From Hyphomicrobiales bacterium (lineage in GTDB: Bacteria; Pseudomonadota; Alphaproteobacteria; Rhizobiales; OSC116): a stretch of 64,000 bases of DNA. Location of the stretch: contig NVUH01000004.1 in the NCBI GenBank assembly GCA_002401855.1, forward strand, positions 94,314-158,313. Direction: 5' to 3'. Below, piece by piece: positions 18,855-27,977 of the stretch. The first letter of the stretch is position 1. The number at the start of each line of letters is the position of its first letter. A model generated the notes under the pieces. It was not told where the DNA came from. It saw only the letters and a list, made by a program, of their open reading frames with translations, and made no database searches. Position numbers and translations under genes: made by a program.

Positions 18855-19723
18855 TATATGCCCTCGCGTTTGTCAATATTGGTCATGATGGTGTAGAACA
18901 CCCATGAGATGAGCAAAATGGTCAGGAAATAGATGAGCGAAAAGGCTGCGGCGGGGCCTAAATCAAACTGGCCGATGGCCATTTTAACTAGATCTATTGA
19001 GAGGAATGTGGTGACATTGCCTGGGCCACCGCCTGTAAGGACAAATGGCTCGGTGTAGATCATGAAACTATCCATGAAGCGCAATAATGACGCGATGAGC
19101 AGGACGCCCATCATTTTGGGTAATTCGATATATCTGAAGACATTCCAACGGCTGGCTTGGTCGATTTTTGCGGCTTGATAATAGGCATCAGGGATGGATT
19201 GCAGGCCTGCATAGCAGAGCAAGACAACTAAAGACGTCCAATGCCATACATCCATAATGACGATGGTGATCCATGCCGCGGTGGCATTTTGCACATAGTT
19301 ATAATCAATGCCTAAAGCGTTGAGGCTATAGCCGAGCAAACCAATGTCTATGCGGCCAAAAATTTGCCAAATTGTGCCGACGACATTCCACGGAATGAGC
19401 AAAGGTAGTGCGATGAGTACTAGACAGACGGATGCCCAAACGCCTTTTTGGGGCATGTGTAAGGAGATGAAAATGCCTAGCGGGATTTCAATCAGCATGA
19501 TGATGGTGGTGAAAATGACTTGCCGCCCGAGCGCATTGTGCATGCGTTCTGAATGCAAAATTTCTTCGAACCATTCGAGGCCAACCCAATAAAATACGTT
19601 ATTGCCAAAGGTGTCTTGCACCGAATAATTAACCACTGTCATTAATGGAATGACGGCGGAGAAGCCGACCAATAGCAGAACGGGCAGCACTAGAAACCAA
19701 GCTTTTTGATTGACTGTTTTCAT
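18854..19723 (-). CDS. ABC sugar/polyol transporter permease
   Basis: 289 aa, MalF/UgpA-like. ATGA overlap with the upstream ATPase gene. Confidence 0.9.
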   Translation of the reverse strand: MKTVNQKAWFLVLPVLLLVGFSAVIPLMTVVNYSVQDTFGNNVFYWVGLEWFEEILHSERMHNALGRQVIFTTIIMLIEIPLGIFISLHMPQKGVWASVCLVLIALPLLIPWNVVGTIWQIFGRIDIGLLGYSLNALGIDYNYVQNATAAWITIVIMDVWHWTSLVVLLCYAGLQSIPDAYYQAAKIDQASRWNVFRYIELPKMMGVLLIASLLRFMDSFMIYTEPFVLTGGGPGNVTTFLSIDLVKMAIGQFDLGPAAAFSLIYFLTILLISWVFYTIMTNIDKREGI

Positions 19724-20817
19724 AATGCCGCCTCATGTTTGGTCTGCTGGGCTTCTATCCGCCAGCCATCGACATAGACATTAATCGCCGCAAGATCGAA
19801 TTTAACATGACAGGTATCAGCAGGAATTCTGGCTGATGAGGGTGCGATGATGTTGAGGTTAATGCCCGCAAATTGGGTGCGAACAATTTTGTGCCGCCCG
19901 ACATCCTCAACTCTATTGATCTTGACCATGAGGCCAGAGCCATCATCTGAAAATGAACAAAATTCAGGTCGAACGCCAATTTCAACTTTGCCTGTTGGGT
20001 TGTTATAATCAGCGCCAAGTTCAATGGCTGTGCCGTTAATGAGGGCGATTGAGCCTTCGATTTTTGCGGGCAATAGATTCATACCTGGTGAGCCGATGAA
20101 ATAGCCAACAAAAGTATGTTCTGGTTGCTCAAATAATTGTTTGGGCGTGCCAATTTGCACCACTTTGCCATCATACATCACCACAACTTTATCAGCGAAA
20201 GTTAAAGCCTCGGTTTGGTCGTGGGTTACATAAATCATGGTGTGTTCGAGCTGTTGATGCAGCGCTTTTAACTGGGTGCGCAGCTCCCACTTCATATGCG
20301 GGTCGATGACGGTTAGCGGCTCATCAAACAAGATTGCATTGACATCCTCGCGCACCATGCCGCGGCCTAACGATATCTTTTGTTTGGCATCGGCGGTTAG
20401 GCCTTGCGCTTTGTTATTCAAGACGTCTTGCATGCCGATCATCTGGGCAATCTCGTTGACTCGCGCTTCGATATATTGGGCATCAACTCCGCGATTTTTA
20501 AGCGGAAAAGCCAGATTTTGCTTCACCGTCATGGTGTCATAAACCACTGGAAATTGGAACACTTGCGCGATGTTACGATCGGCAGTGTCGGCATGGGTTA
20601 CATCTTGCTCATTAAAAAATATCTGACCTTCTGAGGGGGTGAGCAAGCCTGATATAATGTTGAGCAGAGTGGATTTTCCGCAACCTGAAGGGCCGAGCAA
20701 GGCGTAAGCTGCGCCATCTTCCCATACATGGTTGAGTTTTTTCAACGCATAATCGGCATCTTTTTGCGGGTTGGGTAAATAAGAATGTGCCAAATTAGAT
20801 AAAGTTATTTTCGCCAT
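19720..20817 (-). CDS. ABC transporter ATP-binding protein (second of two)
   Basis: Start MAKITLSNLAHSY at 20817 after a G-rich Shine-Dalgarno sequence. Walker A GPSGCGKST, and LFDEP. The track's 23-codon N-terminal extension overlaps the upstream gene. Confidence 0.9.
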   Translation of the reverse strand: MAKITLSNLAHSYLPNPQKDADYALKKLNHVWEDGAAYALLGPSGCGKSTLLNIISGLLTPSEGQIFFNEQDVTHADTADRNIAQVFQFPVVYDTMTVKQNLAFPLKNRGVDAQYIEARVNEIAQMIGMQDVLNNKAQGLTADAKQKISLGRGMVREDVNAILFDEPLTVIDPHMKWELRTQLKALHQQLEHTMIYVTHDQTEALTFADKVVVMYDGKVVQIGTPKQLFEQPEHTFVGYFIGSPGMNLLPAKIEGSIALINGTAIELGADYNNPTGKVEIGVRPEFCSFSDDGSGLMVKINRVEDVGRHKIVRTQFAGINLNIIAPSSARIPADTCHVKFDLAAINVYVDGWRIEAQQTKHEAAL

Positions 20818-20833
20818 TTTTTTTGCCCCCCCC

Positions 20834-21922
20834 CTATGCTGCTGTTGCGTAAGATGCTGGTGCGACAAGTGCGCCATCTTGAGCAAAAATGTAAATATGG
20901 CTGGCGTCTAAATAGACAGGCAAAGCCGCGCCTAAAGTTAGATCATGTGTGCCATCGATTAAACCGACCCAGTTATGATCCTCATGTTGCAAATGCAAAA
21001 ATGTTTCAGATCCGGTGAATTCAGTGATGTTTAAAGTTGCGGTAAAAGCCATAGATTGGCCATTTACTTGATGAAGCTCTAAATGGTTAGGGCGAAAACC
21101 TGCCGTATATTGACCATCGGCCAAATCGGATATTTTTCCATGTGTTTCAATGCTTTGACCATTTGCATATGTGAGCTGATTGCCGATTTTTGTGATGGAT
21201 AGGAAATTCATTGGCGGGTTAGAGAAAACCCGTGCCGTGGTCATATTATTGGGCTGATGATAGACTTGTGAGGTTTTATTAAATTGGGTTATGCGCCCCT
21301 GCCACATGGTCGCGGCATTGCCGCCCAATAGCAGAGCTTCTTCTGGCTCGGTGGTGGCGTAAACGAAAATAGCGCCTGATTCTTCGAACATTTTGGGTAT
21401 TTCGGCACGTAATTCTTCGCGCAATTTATAATCTAAATTGGCCAATGGTTCATCGAGCAATACCAAGCCTGAACCTTTGACCAAAGCCCGTGCCAAGGCA
21501 CATCTTTGCTGCTGCCCACCTGATAGCTCGAGTGGTTTGCGGTCTAGCATATCGGTCATTTTTACGATTTCGGCGGTTTTTTGCACTGCCGTCTCAATTT
21601 CGGCATTTGATTTTTTCATCAAACGTAGGGGCGAGGCAATGTTTTCATAAACGCTCATGGAGGGGTAATTGATAAATTGCTGATAGACCATGGCGACATG
21701 GCGGTCTTGCACCCGCATGCCTGTGACGTCTTTGCCATTCCAAAGAATGCGGCCAGATGTTGGTACATCCAACCCTGCCATTAGGCGCATAAGCGAGGTT
21801 TTACCTGCCAATGTGGGGCCCAAAAGCACATTCATTGTGCCTTTTTCTAAGGTTAAATTTATCTCATGTAAATGTAGTTGGCCGTTTACGGTCAGTGTCA
21901 CATTATCAAGCTGCAAAGACAT
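20834..21922 (-). CDS. ABC transporter ATP-binding protein (first of two)
   Basis: Walker A GPTLAGKTS, signature LSGGQQQR, Walker B LLDEP. Its start abuts the glpD stop with no gap. Confidence 0.9.
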   Translation of the reverse strand: MSLQLDNVTLTVNGQLHLHEINLTLEKGTMNVLLGPTLAGKTSLMRLMAGLDVPTSGRILWNGKDVTGMRVQDRHVAMVYQQFINYPSMSVYENIASPLRLMKKSNAEIETAVQKTAEIVKMTDMLDRKPLELSGGQQQRCALARALVKGSGLVLLDEPLANLDYKLREELRAEIPKMFEESGAIFVYATTEPEEALLLGGNAATMWQGRITQFNKTSQVYHQPNNMTTARVFSNPPMNFLSITKIGNQLTYANGQSIETHGKISDLADGQYTAGFRPNHLELHQVNGQSMAFTATLNITEFTGSETFLHLQHEDHNWVGLIDGTHDLTLGAALPVYLDASHIYIFAQDGALVAPASYATAA

Positions 21923-23566
21923 TCATGCCCTCCCCGAAAAATTAGCAGCCACGCTATTTGTTTGGTTTTTGGACCGTTTTTCTATCCAATTTTGAAGCGT
22001 CTTTTGTTGTGCTTCATCGAACTTTAAGCCCAGTTTTGTGCGCCGCCATAATATATCTTGCGCGTTATGAACATATTCGTTTTCAATGAGCCAGACCACT
22101 TCAGCTTCGGTGAGGCTTGCGCCAAAATCAACACCTAGTTGCGCAGTATTTGTGGCTTTGCCTAAGATTTGTTGGGCTTCGGTGCCATAAGTTCTAATTA
22201 AGCGTGTGGCCCATTTTTCATCAATAAAATTATATTTATTTTGCAAATTTTCAATTAAATCACCGACTTGTTCGACCAAAAAATCACCTCCTGGCAGGGC
22301 GATGCCTGCAGTCCACTTTTCACTCATATGGGGAAAGAAGGGAGATAATTTCCCCAAAGCGGACTCTGCCAGACGGCGATAGGTGGTGATTTTGCCGCCA
22401 AATATATTTAGCAACGGCGCGCCATCTGCCTCGCCTAAATTAAGCGATAAAACATAATCACGCGTGGCGGCAGTGGCGGATTTGGCACCATCGGCATAAA
22501 GTGGCCGCACACCAGAATATGACCATATAATGTCTTTTGTGCTGAGCGGTTGTTTAAAATAATTTGAAACGAAATCACATAAATATTCGGCTTCTTCATC
22601 GGTGCAAGTGACTTGATCTAGCCCGCCTTTATAATCATGATCGGTGGTGCCAATGAGGGTGAACTCGTCTTCATAGGGAATGGCGAAAACAATGCGGCCA
22701 TCGCTGCCTTGCAAAAAATAGGGTTTGTCATGATCAAATAATTTTTTGGTCACAATGTGGCTGCCACGCACCAAGCGCACGCCTTCATGAGTGTCAATAT
22801 GCGCAACATTTTTGATGACATCGGCAATCCACGGGCCTGAGGCGTTGACCAGAGCTTTGGCAATGATGGTTTGCAGCTTATCTTGGCCATCGGGCTTAAG
22901 CTCAATGTGCCAAAGTTTACCAACTCTTGTGGCCGAGATTACTTTGGTGTGGGTGGTTATGATGGCACCACGTTTTGCCGCATCGCGGGCATTGAGCACC
23001 ACCAAGCGGCTGTCTTGCACCCAACAATCTGAATATTCATAGGCTTTTTTATATTTATCTTGCAACGGCTTGCCAACCAGATCGGTGCTGAGATCTACCG
23101 TGCTGGTGGCAGGCAATATTTTACGGCCACCTAAATGATCGTATAGAAATAGGCCAAGGCGAATGAGCCATGCGGGGCGGCGGCCCTTCATCCATGGCAT
23201 GATATATTTTAGCAGTTGCGAGACAGAAGTTTCGCCTTCAAAGCGCATGTCTTTGTGATAAGGCAAAATAAAACGCATCGGCCAAGAAATGTGCGGCATG
23301 GCGCGCAACAGGTTTTCGCGCTCAATTAACGCCTCGCGCACCAAACGAATTTCGAAATATTCGAGATAACGCAAACCGCCATGGAATAATTTGGTAGAAG
23401 CTGATGAGGTGGCACCGCCCAAATCGGCCATTTCGGCCAAGTGAACGCTTAAACCGCGCCCCGCTGCATCGCGGGCAATGCCACAACCATTAACCCCGCC
23501 GCCAATGATAAAAAGATCAACTGGTGATAGGTTTTTTTGTCTATCTGGCGCTGAAGAGAGCGTCAT
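21923..23566 (-). CDS. glpD: FAD-dependent glycerol-3-phosphate dehydrogenase
   Basis: DLFIIGGGVNGCGIARDAAGRGL dinucleotide fold; 547 aa; heads the glycerol operon. Confidence 0.93.
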   Translation of the reverse strand: MTLSSAPDRQKNLSPVDLFIIGGGVNGCGIARDAAGRGLSVHLAEMADLGGATSSASTKLFHGGLRYLEYFEIRLVREALIERENLLRAMPHISWPMRFILPYHKDMRFEGETSVSQLLKYIMPWMKGRRPAWLIRLGLFLYDHLGGRKILPATSTVDLSTDLVGKPLQDKYKKAYEYSDCWVQDSRLVVLNARDAAKRGAIITTHTKVISATRVGKLWHIELKPDGQDKLQTIIAKALVNASGPWIADVIKNVAHIDTHEGVRLVRGSHIVTKKLFDHDKPYFLQGSDGRIVFAIPYEDEFTLIGTTDHDYKGGLDQVTCTDEEAEYLCDFVSNYFKQPLSTKDIIWSYSGVRPLYADGAKSATAATRDYVLSLNLGEADGAPLLNIFGGKITTYRRLAESALGKLSPFFPHMSEKWTAGIALPGGDFLVEQVGDLIENLQNKYNFIDEKWATRLIRTYGTEAQQILGKATNTAQLGVDFGASLTEAEVVWLIENEYVHNAQDILWRRTKLGLKFDEAQQKTLQNWIEKRSKNQTNSVAANFSGRA

Positions 23567-23613
23567 ATTGCCCTCCCAAGCTGTGACGTTGTTGTTAAAT
23601 AGTTAACAGGGAA

Positions 23614-23651
23614 TTTTCGTTTTATCAATGTTTATTTTCGTATTGTTTCGT
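23614..23651. promoter_or_regulatory. candidate GlpR operator array (three phased TTTCGT repeats) in the glpD/glpR divergent region
   Basis: TTTTCGT at 23614 and 23635 and GTTTCGT at 23645, spaced 21 and 10 bp apart, lying 48-85 nt upstream of the glpD start. Confidence 0.35.
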
Positions 23652-23730
23652 TTTGGCGCTTGTTTGGACGCGCTTATTGGCCTATAAGTGAATTTATACA
23701 TTTAGAAAATAGCTTTAAGGTCAGACAGAT

Positions 23731-24489
23731 ATGGTGCAGAGCTTCCGCCAAAGAGAAATTTTGGATATTGTGCAAAAACAAGGCAAGGTGACTGTTGATG
23801 GGCTTTCTAAAAGTTTTAACGTAACCGTACAAACCATCCGCAAAGATTTAAATGAATTATGTGACAGTGGCGTTTTGCGGCGGGTGCATGGCGGTGCAAT
23901 TATGGCATCGGGCATCGAAAATATCGGCTATGAAGAAAGGCGAGCGCTGGCCTCCGAGGCCAAAGACGCGATTGCCCAAATCTGTGTGCAGCATATACCT
24001 AATGGCGCTTCGTTATTTTTAAACATTGGCACTAGTACTGAGGCAGTGGCGCGGGCATTGCTTAAACATAAAAACCTTATGGTCATCACCAATAATTTGA
24101 ATGTTGCCAATATTTTGGGCAATGGCTCTGATTTTGAAGTGATTGTGGCGGGCGGTATATTGCGGCGCGCTGATGGCGGATTGGTTGGCGAAGTGACTGC
24201 CGATTTTATGCGACAATTCAAAGTTGATTATGCGGTGATTGGCACATCAGCTTTGGATCAAGATGGTGATTTATTGGATTTTGATTTTAGAGAAGTGAAG
24301 GTGAGCCAAGCAATTATCCATAATGCGCGCAAGGCATTTTTGGTATCTGACCATAGTAAGTTTGAGCGCACAGCGCCGGTTAAGATTGTGTCGTTAACCG
24401 AGCTTGATATGTTTTTTACTGATCAACAACCATCCACCGCTGTTGGTCAATTATGCGATGCGGCCAATGTTATAATTGAAACCACTTAG
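23731..24489 (+). CDS. glpR: DeoR family transcriptional repressor
   Basis: 252 aa with HTH REILDIVQKQGKVTVDGLSKSFNVTVQTIRKDL and a DeoR C-terminal sensor domain. Divergent from glpD. Confidence 0.88.
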   Translation: MVQSFRQREILDIVQKQGKVTVDGLSKSFNVTVQTIRKDLNELCDSGVLRRVHGGAIMASGIENIGYEERRALASEAKDAIAQICVQHIPNGASLFLNIGTSTEAVARALLKHKNLMVITNNLNVANILGNGSDFEVIVAGGILRRADGGLVGEVTADFMRQFKVDYAVIGTSALDQDGDLLDFDFREVKVSQAIIHNARKAFLVSDHSKFERTAPVKIVSLTELDMFFTDQQPSTAVGQLCDAANVIIETT

Positions 24490-24581
24490 CTCTTTTTGCT
24501 AGGTTTGCTTTGGCGCGCGGGTGCTATAAATATCCCCGCCATAAAAAGTTACCATATCATTAGCATTTTATGGAGAATGCT

Positions 24582-25877
24582 ATGAATTTAGTGATGACCA
24601 ACCGAAAACGCCGGCTTAATTTAGGTTTTTCTAACCAAGAAGTCGAGGTTTACGACTTCGTTCGCGACCGCATAGCCTGCACTACTAGCTTTGGCCATAT
24701 CATCGATCAATTAAACTATACTCGCGCCTCGGACACGTTAATGGCCGATGCTAATGGAATATACTATACATTCCCAGCCAATGTGGCGGCGCAAACAAAT
24801 TTAGGCATGAAGGTTAGCCCAGCAATTACCAACCTTATCCCAAACACAGGCTTGCAAGGTGCTGTGGTTGGCGAGGTTACTAATGATGGTGTTGGGCGCT
24901 TGCCTAGTGGATGGGGCTATCAAGCCGACTGGGTTGATCAGGTGTTTGTAGTTTTTCTTGGTTCTGAAAACGGTTTACCAACGATTGATATACGAATAGT
25001 TTTAACAGCCGATGGCGGCTCAGAATATCCATACATACATATGGGATTTACCGCGGTTGGTGTGTCAGGTGAGACACATACGGCCTCGCTTTATAGAAAA
25101 ACTATAGGTGATAAGCCAGATGTCTCTACTGGCTCAAATGTACCTCTACAGGTGAGTGAAAGCTCAAGTATCGATGGGAGTGTTTCACATTCAGTAATTC
25201 AAATGTTTGATAATGAAACTACTGAATTATCCAGATACATCATCACTTACACATTAACCAAAACAGGAGAAATAGAGCAACTTATAAGATCGTTTTATGC
25301 AACTGTATTAGATGGTGAAAGCATTGACATGACTATTCGTTTTGCTGCCCCACAAATAGAAATTGGCAGCTATGCGCATGACCCTGTAATTACTGAAGAG
25401 GCGGTGACGGGTGTTTCTGACGCTGTTGTTGTATACGATGATATTAGTGATTTAGCACTAGGTAACTCTGCTACGGTTTTGGTTGAGTGCGACATTCCAG
25501 AGCAATCCGACGATTTTCAATATATTGTTGCGTTTGGAACTACATATGACGACAGGGCTGCTTTATATATGAGCGAGCAAGACCTTTACATTCGACACCA
25601 TGTCCTGGGCGTATATACCAGTATAAAAGTTGTTGAAAATATTTCGGTTGGCGCTCATAAATTAGCGTTTGGCTATGAGCTTAACCAGCTAAAATTTTGT
25701 TTAGATGGAGGGGCCGTTTTCTCATTAGCATCTGCCGACAATCAGCAAGTGGCGCTTGAGCCAATTTTTAACATTGGGCAAAACACTTATAGTTTAGAGC
25801 CGTTTAATTCCAATTTCCAAAAAATAGTAATTTTTGATGAATGGTTAGATTTGAAAAGTCAGGAGCTAACGTCATAA
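24582..25877 (+). CDS. hypothetical protein, phage tail-fibre / receptor-binding-like
   Basis: GGAGA lies 5 nt before ATG 24582. NYTRASDTLMADANGIYYTFPANVAAQTNLGMKVSPAITNLIPNT...LPSGWG resembles the N-terminal motif of alphaproteobacterial phage/GTA fibre proteins as I remember it. Beta-rich throughout, with no signal peptide. Confidence 0.5.
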   Translation: MNLVMTNRKRRLNLGFSNQEVEVYDFVRDRIACTTSFGHIIDQLNYTRASDTLMADANGIYYTFPANVAAQTNLGMKVSPAITNLIPNTGLQGAVVGEVTNDGVGRLPSGWGYQADWVDQVFVVFLGSENGLPTIDIRIVLTADGGSEYPYIHMGFTAVGVSGETHTASLYRKTIGDKPDVSTGSNVPLQVSESSSIDGSVSHSVIQMFDNETTELSRYIITYTLTKTGEIEQLIRSFYATVLDGESIDMTIRFAAPQIEIGSYAHDPVITEEAVTGVSDAVVVYDDISDLALGNSATVLVECDIPEQSDDFQYIVAFGTTYDDRAALYMSEQDLYIRHHVLGVYTSIKVVENISVGAHKLAFGYELNQLKFCLDGGAVFSLASADNQQVALEPIFNIGQNTYSLEPFNSNFQKIVIFDEWLDLKSQELTS

Positions 25878-26050
25878 TAGCGTATATTTTAAAAGCCGAC
25901 GATAAAGCGGCGATGTTGGCCGCATTAAATGCCACTGGTATGACTTACATTAACCAAGATGCTATAAGCGCCGCCACCACAGCCATGATAGGCGAGCGGA
26001 TAATTAATTTTGATGGATTGCCGAGTGGCGTGAGTTATGGTTGTTTTTGA
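25841..26050 (+). CDS. hypothetical small protein (possible fibre-associated partner)
   Basis: 69 aa, overlapping the upstream stop by 37 nt. Followed by a strong hairpin terminator. Coding status is uncertain. Confidence 0.3.
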   Translation: MVRFEKSGANVIIAYILKADDKAAMLAALNATGMTYINQDAISAATTAMIGERIINFDGLPSGVSYGCF

Positions 26051-26079
26051 GAATTTTGATGAAATAAGTTGACTATAAA

Positions 26080-26115
26080 CCTTAGCCTTTCATCTTGGGC
26101 TAAGGATTTTTGTTT
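26080..26115. terminator. bidirectional hairpin terminator
   Basis: Perfect 8-bp stem of CCTTAGCC (26080-26087) with GGCTAAGG (26098-26105), followed by ATTTTTGTTT. Lies between convergent genes. Confidence 0.6.
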
Positions 26116-26806
26116 AACGCCCAGAACGAACAAAACCTATAAACTGCCTTTGAACTTGCACTTCGGATTGGGAAATCCAAGCTTCTGCGATTGGTTTGGC
26201 AGCAGGATTTAACAAATATTGATGTGCTAGGCTTCTGACTATATTGCTACTCTTTGGGCTGAAATACATAAAGTCTGCCATTGCGTTAGCCTTATTCACA
26301 TCGGATAATTTATCCCAGTTTTGCAAACTTAGAACCATACGCCGCAAACCAACCCAATCTTGTCGCTTGGCTACATGCCATGCATTAAATAATGATTGGT
26401 TCATTAATTCATCGCTATTTTCTTGTTGGCCATGTAATTTTGCTTTTTCAAGCCATATTAGCGCTGAACTTGGCGCCACAGCCAATGCATCATCCAATAT
26501 GCTGAGACATTGCAAGCGTTGTGCTACGACTTTTGGTTTATCAAAAATTAAATAAGTTGCAAGTTTTCGCGCACAATATTTATAACGAATATGTGCAAGT
26601 TTACGATTGGCAATATTGGGGGCTACGGCATTAGAAAACTTTGCTTTTTTTTCATCATTTTCTATTAAGCTTGGTATAAAAAAATCTAGCTCTTTCAAAT
26701 AATGCTCTTGCGGTATGGCCATAAATATAGCGGTTTCACGGCCTAATAGTAACAAAAGTAATAAGGGAAATATGAACTTAAAATATTGATTTATAAAGAT
26801 TTTCAT
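26114..26806 (-). CDS. hypothetical membrane-anchored helical protein
   Basis: 230 aa with an N-terminal FIFPLLLLLLLG anchor or signal sequence. The rest is alpha-helical and repeat-like by eye. Low-GC gene. Confidence 0.5.
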   Translation of the reverse strand: MKIFINQYFKFIFPLLLLLLLGRETAIFMAIPQEHYLKELDFFIPSLIENDEKKAKFSNAVAPNIANRKLAHIRYKYCARKLATYLIFDKPKVVAQRLQCLSILDDALAVAPSSALIWLEKAKLHGQQENSDELMNQSLFNAWHVAKRQDWVGLRRMVLSLQNWDKLSDVNKANAMADFMYFSPKSSNIVRSLAHQYLLNPAAKPIAEAWISQSEVQVQRQFIGFVRSGR

Positions 26807-26990
26807 AATTCCCCTTTGGAGTTAGTTTAATAATAATAAGTAAGAATATTCTGCACAATGCATGCCGTAATGAGAAGCTTGTACGTCATCCTGCTGCGAG
26901 ATTATGGCCATAATAAATATTAAATATGGGTTGTAAAACATCGTTTTTTCTAGCCACTTTATAAGTCCTTATGAGGAGTGTTATGCCTGT

Positions 26991-27761
26991 TTATAAAACT
27001 GTTTGATTGTGATTTTTTACCAGTAAACAAGTTAATTTTTCAGTTGCATATGCACCTGTATCAATATTGATTCTCGAGCCTATAAACTCGACTTTATCAC
27101 GAGATACATGACCATGAACAACAATTTTTTCATACTCACTTACGTTTACTTTTCGGTTGTTAAGAAGGGTGTTTTCGGATTGTAAATTCAATGGCTTATC
27201 ATTATCAGGTACGGCATGGCAAAAGAAATAGTCACCATTAATATAAGAAATTTCCAAATTGCTCAAAAACCCAATCATTTTCATACCCATTTTCTCAAGC
27301 AGCTGTTGCTTAACAAGTTGCACATCATCTAAACTATTAATACCAAAGCTACTTAAAGTGGCGATGCCACCTATGGCCATCCAAATTTTATAGTATTTAT
27401 GTGGGTTTGATAAAAATTTTACCAATATATCCTCATGATTACCCATTAAATAATGAATGGTGCAATTGTCTATTTTAAGCGACATTAATGTTTCAATCAC
27501 TTGGCGAGATTGAGGCCCCCTATCAATATAATCACCTAAAAAAACCAAATGGAAGGCATATTTATTTTTAAATTCAATAGTTTTGTGTCTAATTTTTTGG
27601 ATTTGCTTTTCCAACAAATCCAAACGCCCGTGAATGTCACCAATGGCAAAGACCATTTCATTTTCATTCACCAGTGCATTACCCAATGTCATTACGACTT
27701 TAGGAGTGAATTTATTTTTACTTATATTGCTAAAGAATAGTTTCTTTAAAAACGCAGCCAT
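26991..27761 (-). CDS. PPP-family metallophosphoesterase (PrpA / lambda-phosphatase / ApaH-like Ser/Thr phosphatase)
   Basis: GDIHGRLDLL, FLGDYIDRGPQS, GNHE and VHGH motifs in canonical order. Confidence 0.85.
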   Translation of the reverse strand: MAAFLKKLFFSNISKNKFTPKVVMTLGNALVNENEMVFAIGDIHGRLDLLEKQIQKIRHKTIEFKNKYAFHLVFLGDYIDRGPQSRQVIETLMSLKIDNCTIHYLMGNHEDILVKFLSNPHKYYKIWMAIGGIATLSSFGINSLDDVQLVKQQLLEKMGMKMIGFLSNLEISYINGDYFFCHAVPDNDKPLNLQSENTLLNNRKVNVSEYEKIVVHGHVSRDKVEFIGSRINIDTGAYATEKLTCLLVKNHNQTVL

Positions 27762-27977
27762 TTAAAACCATAAATTTCTTAATAATCTTAACCATAACTA
27801 ATGTCTTATAGCGCCTATATTACTTGAAAAACAAGAGATTTTAGCATATATGGTAAACAACAACAAAAGGAAATATTTGAACGATATTTGCTTGACAGCT
27901 CATACTACTTTGGGTTAATAATTTATTAATTAGTTTTCCAATATAGACTTAAATATTTTAAGTAAATAGGTGATGTA

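Noticed and set aside
26991-27761. The PPP phosphatase as part of an anti-phage defence system.
   Set aside because: No partner genes typical of defence systems (nuclease, ATPase, sensor, methylase, toxin) flank it. The family is also common as a stand-alone stress phosphatase. I mention it only as a member of the low-GC island.
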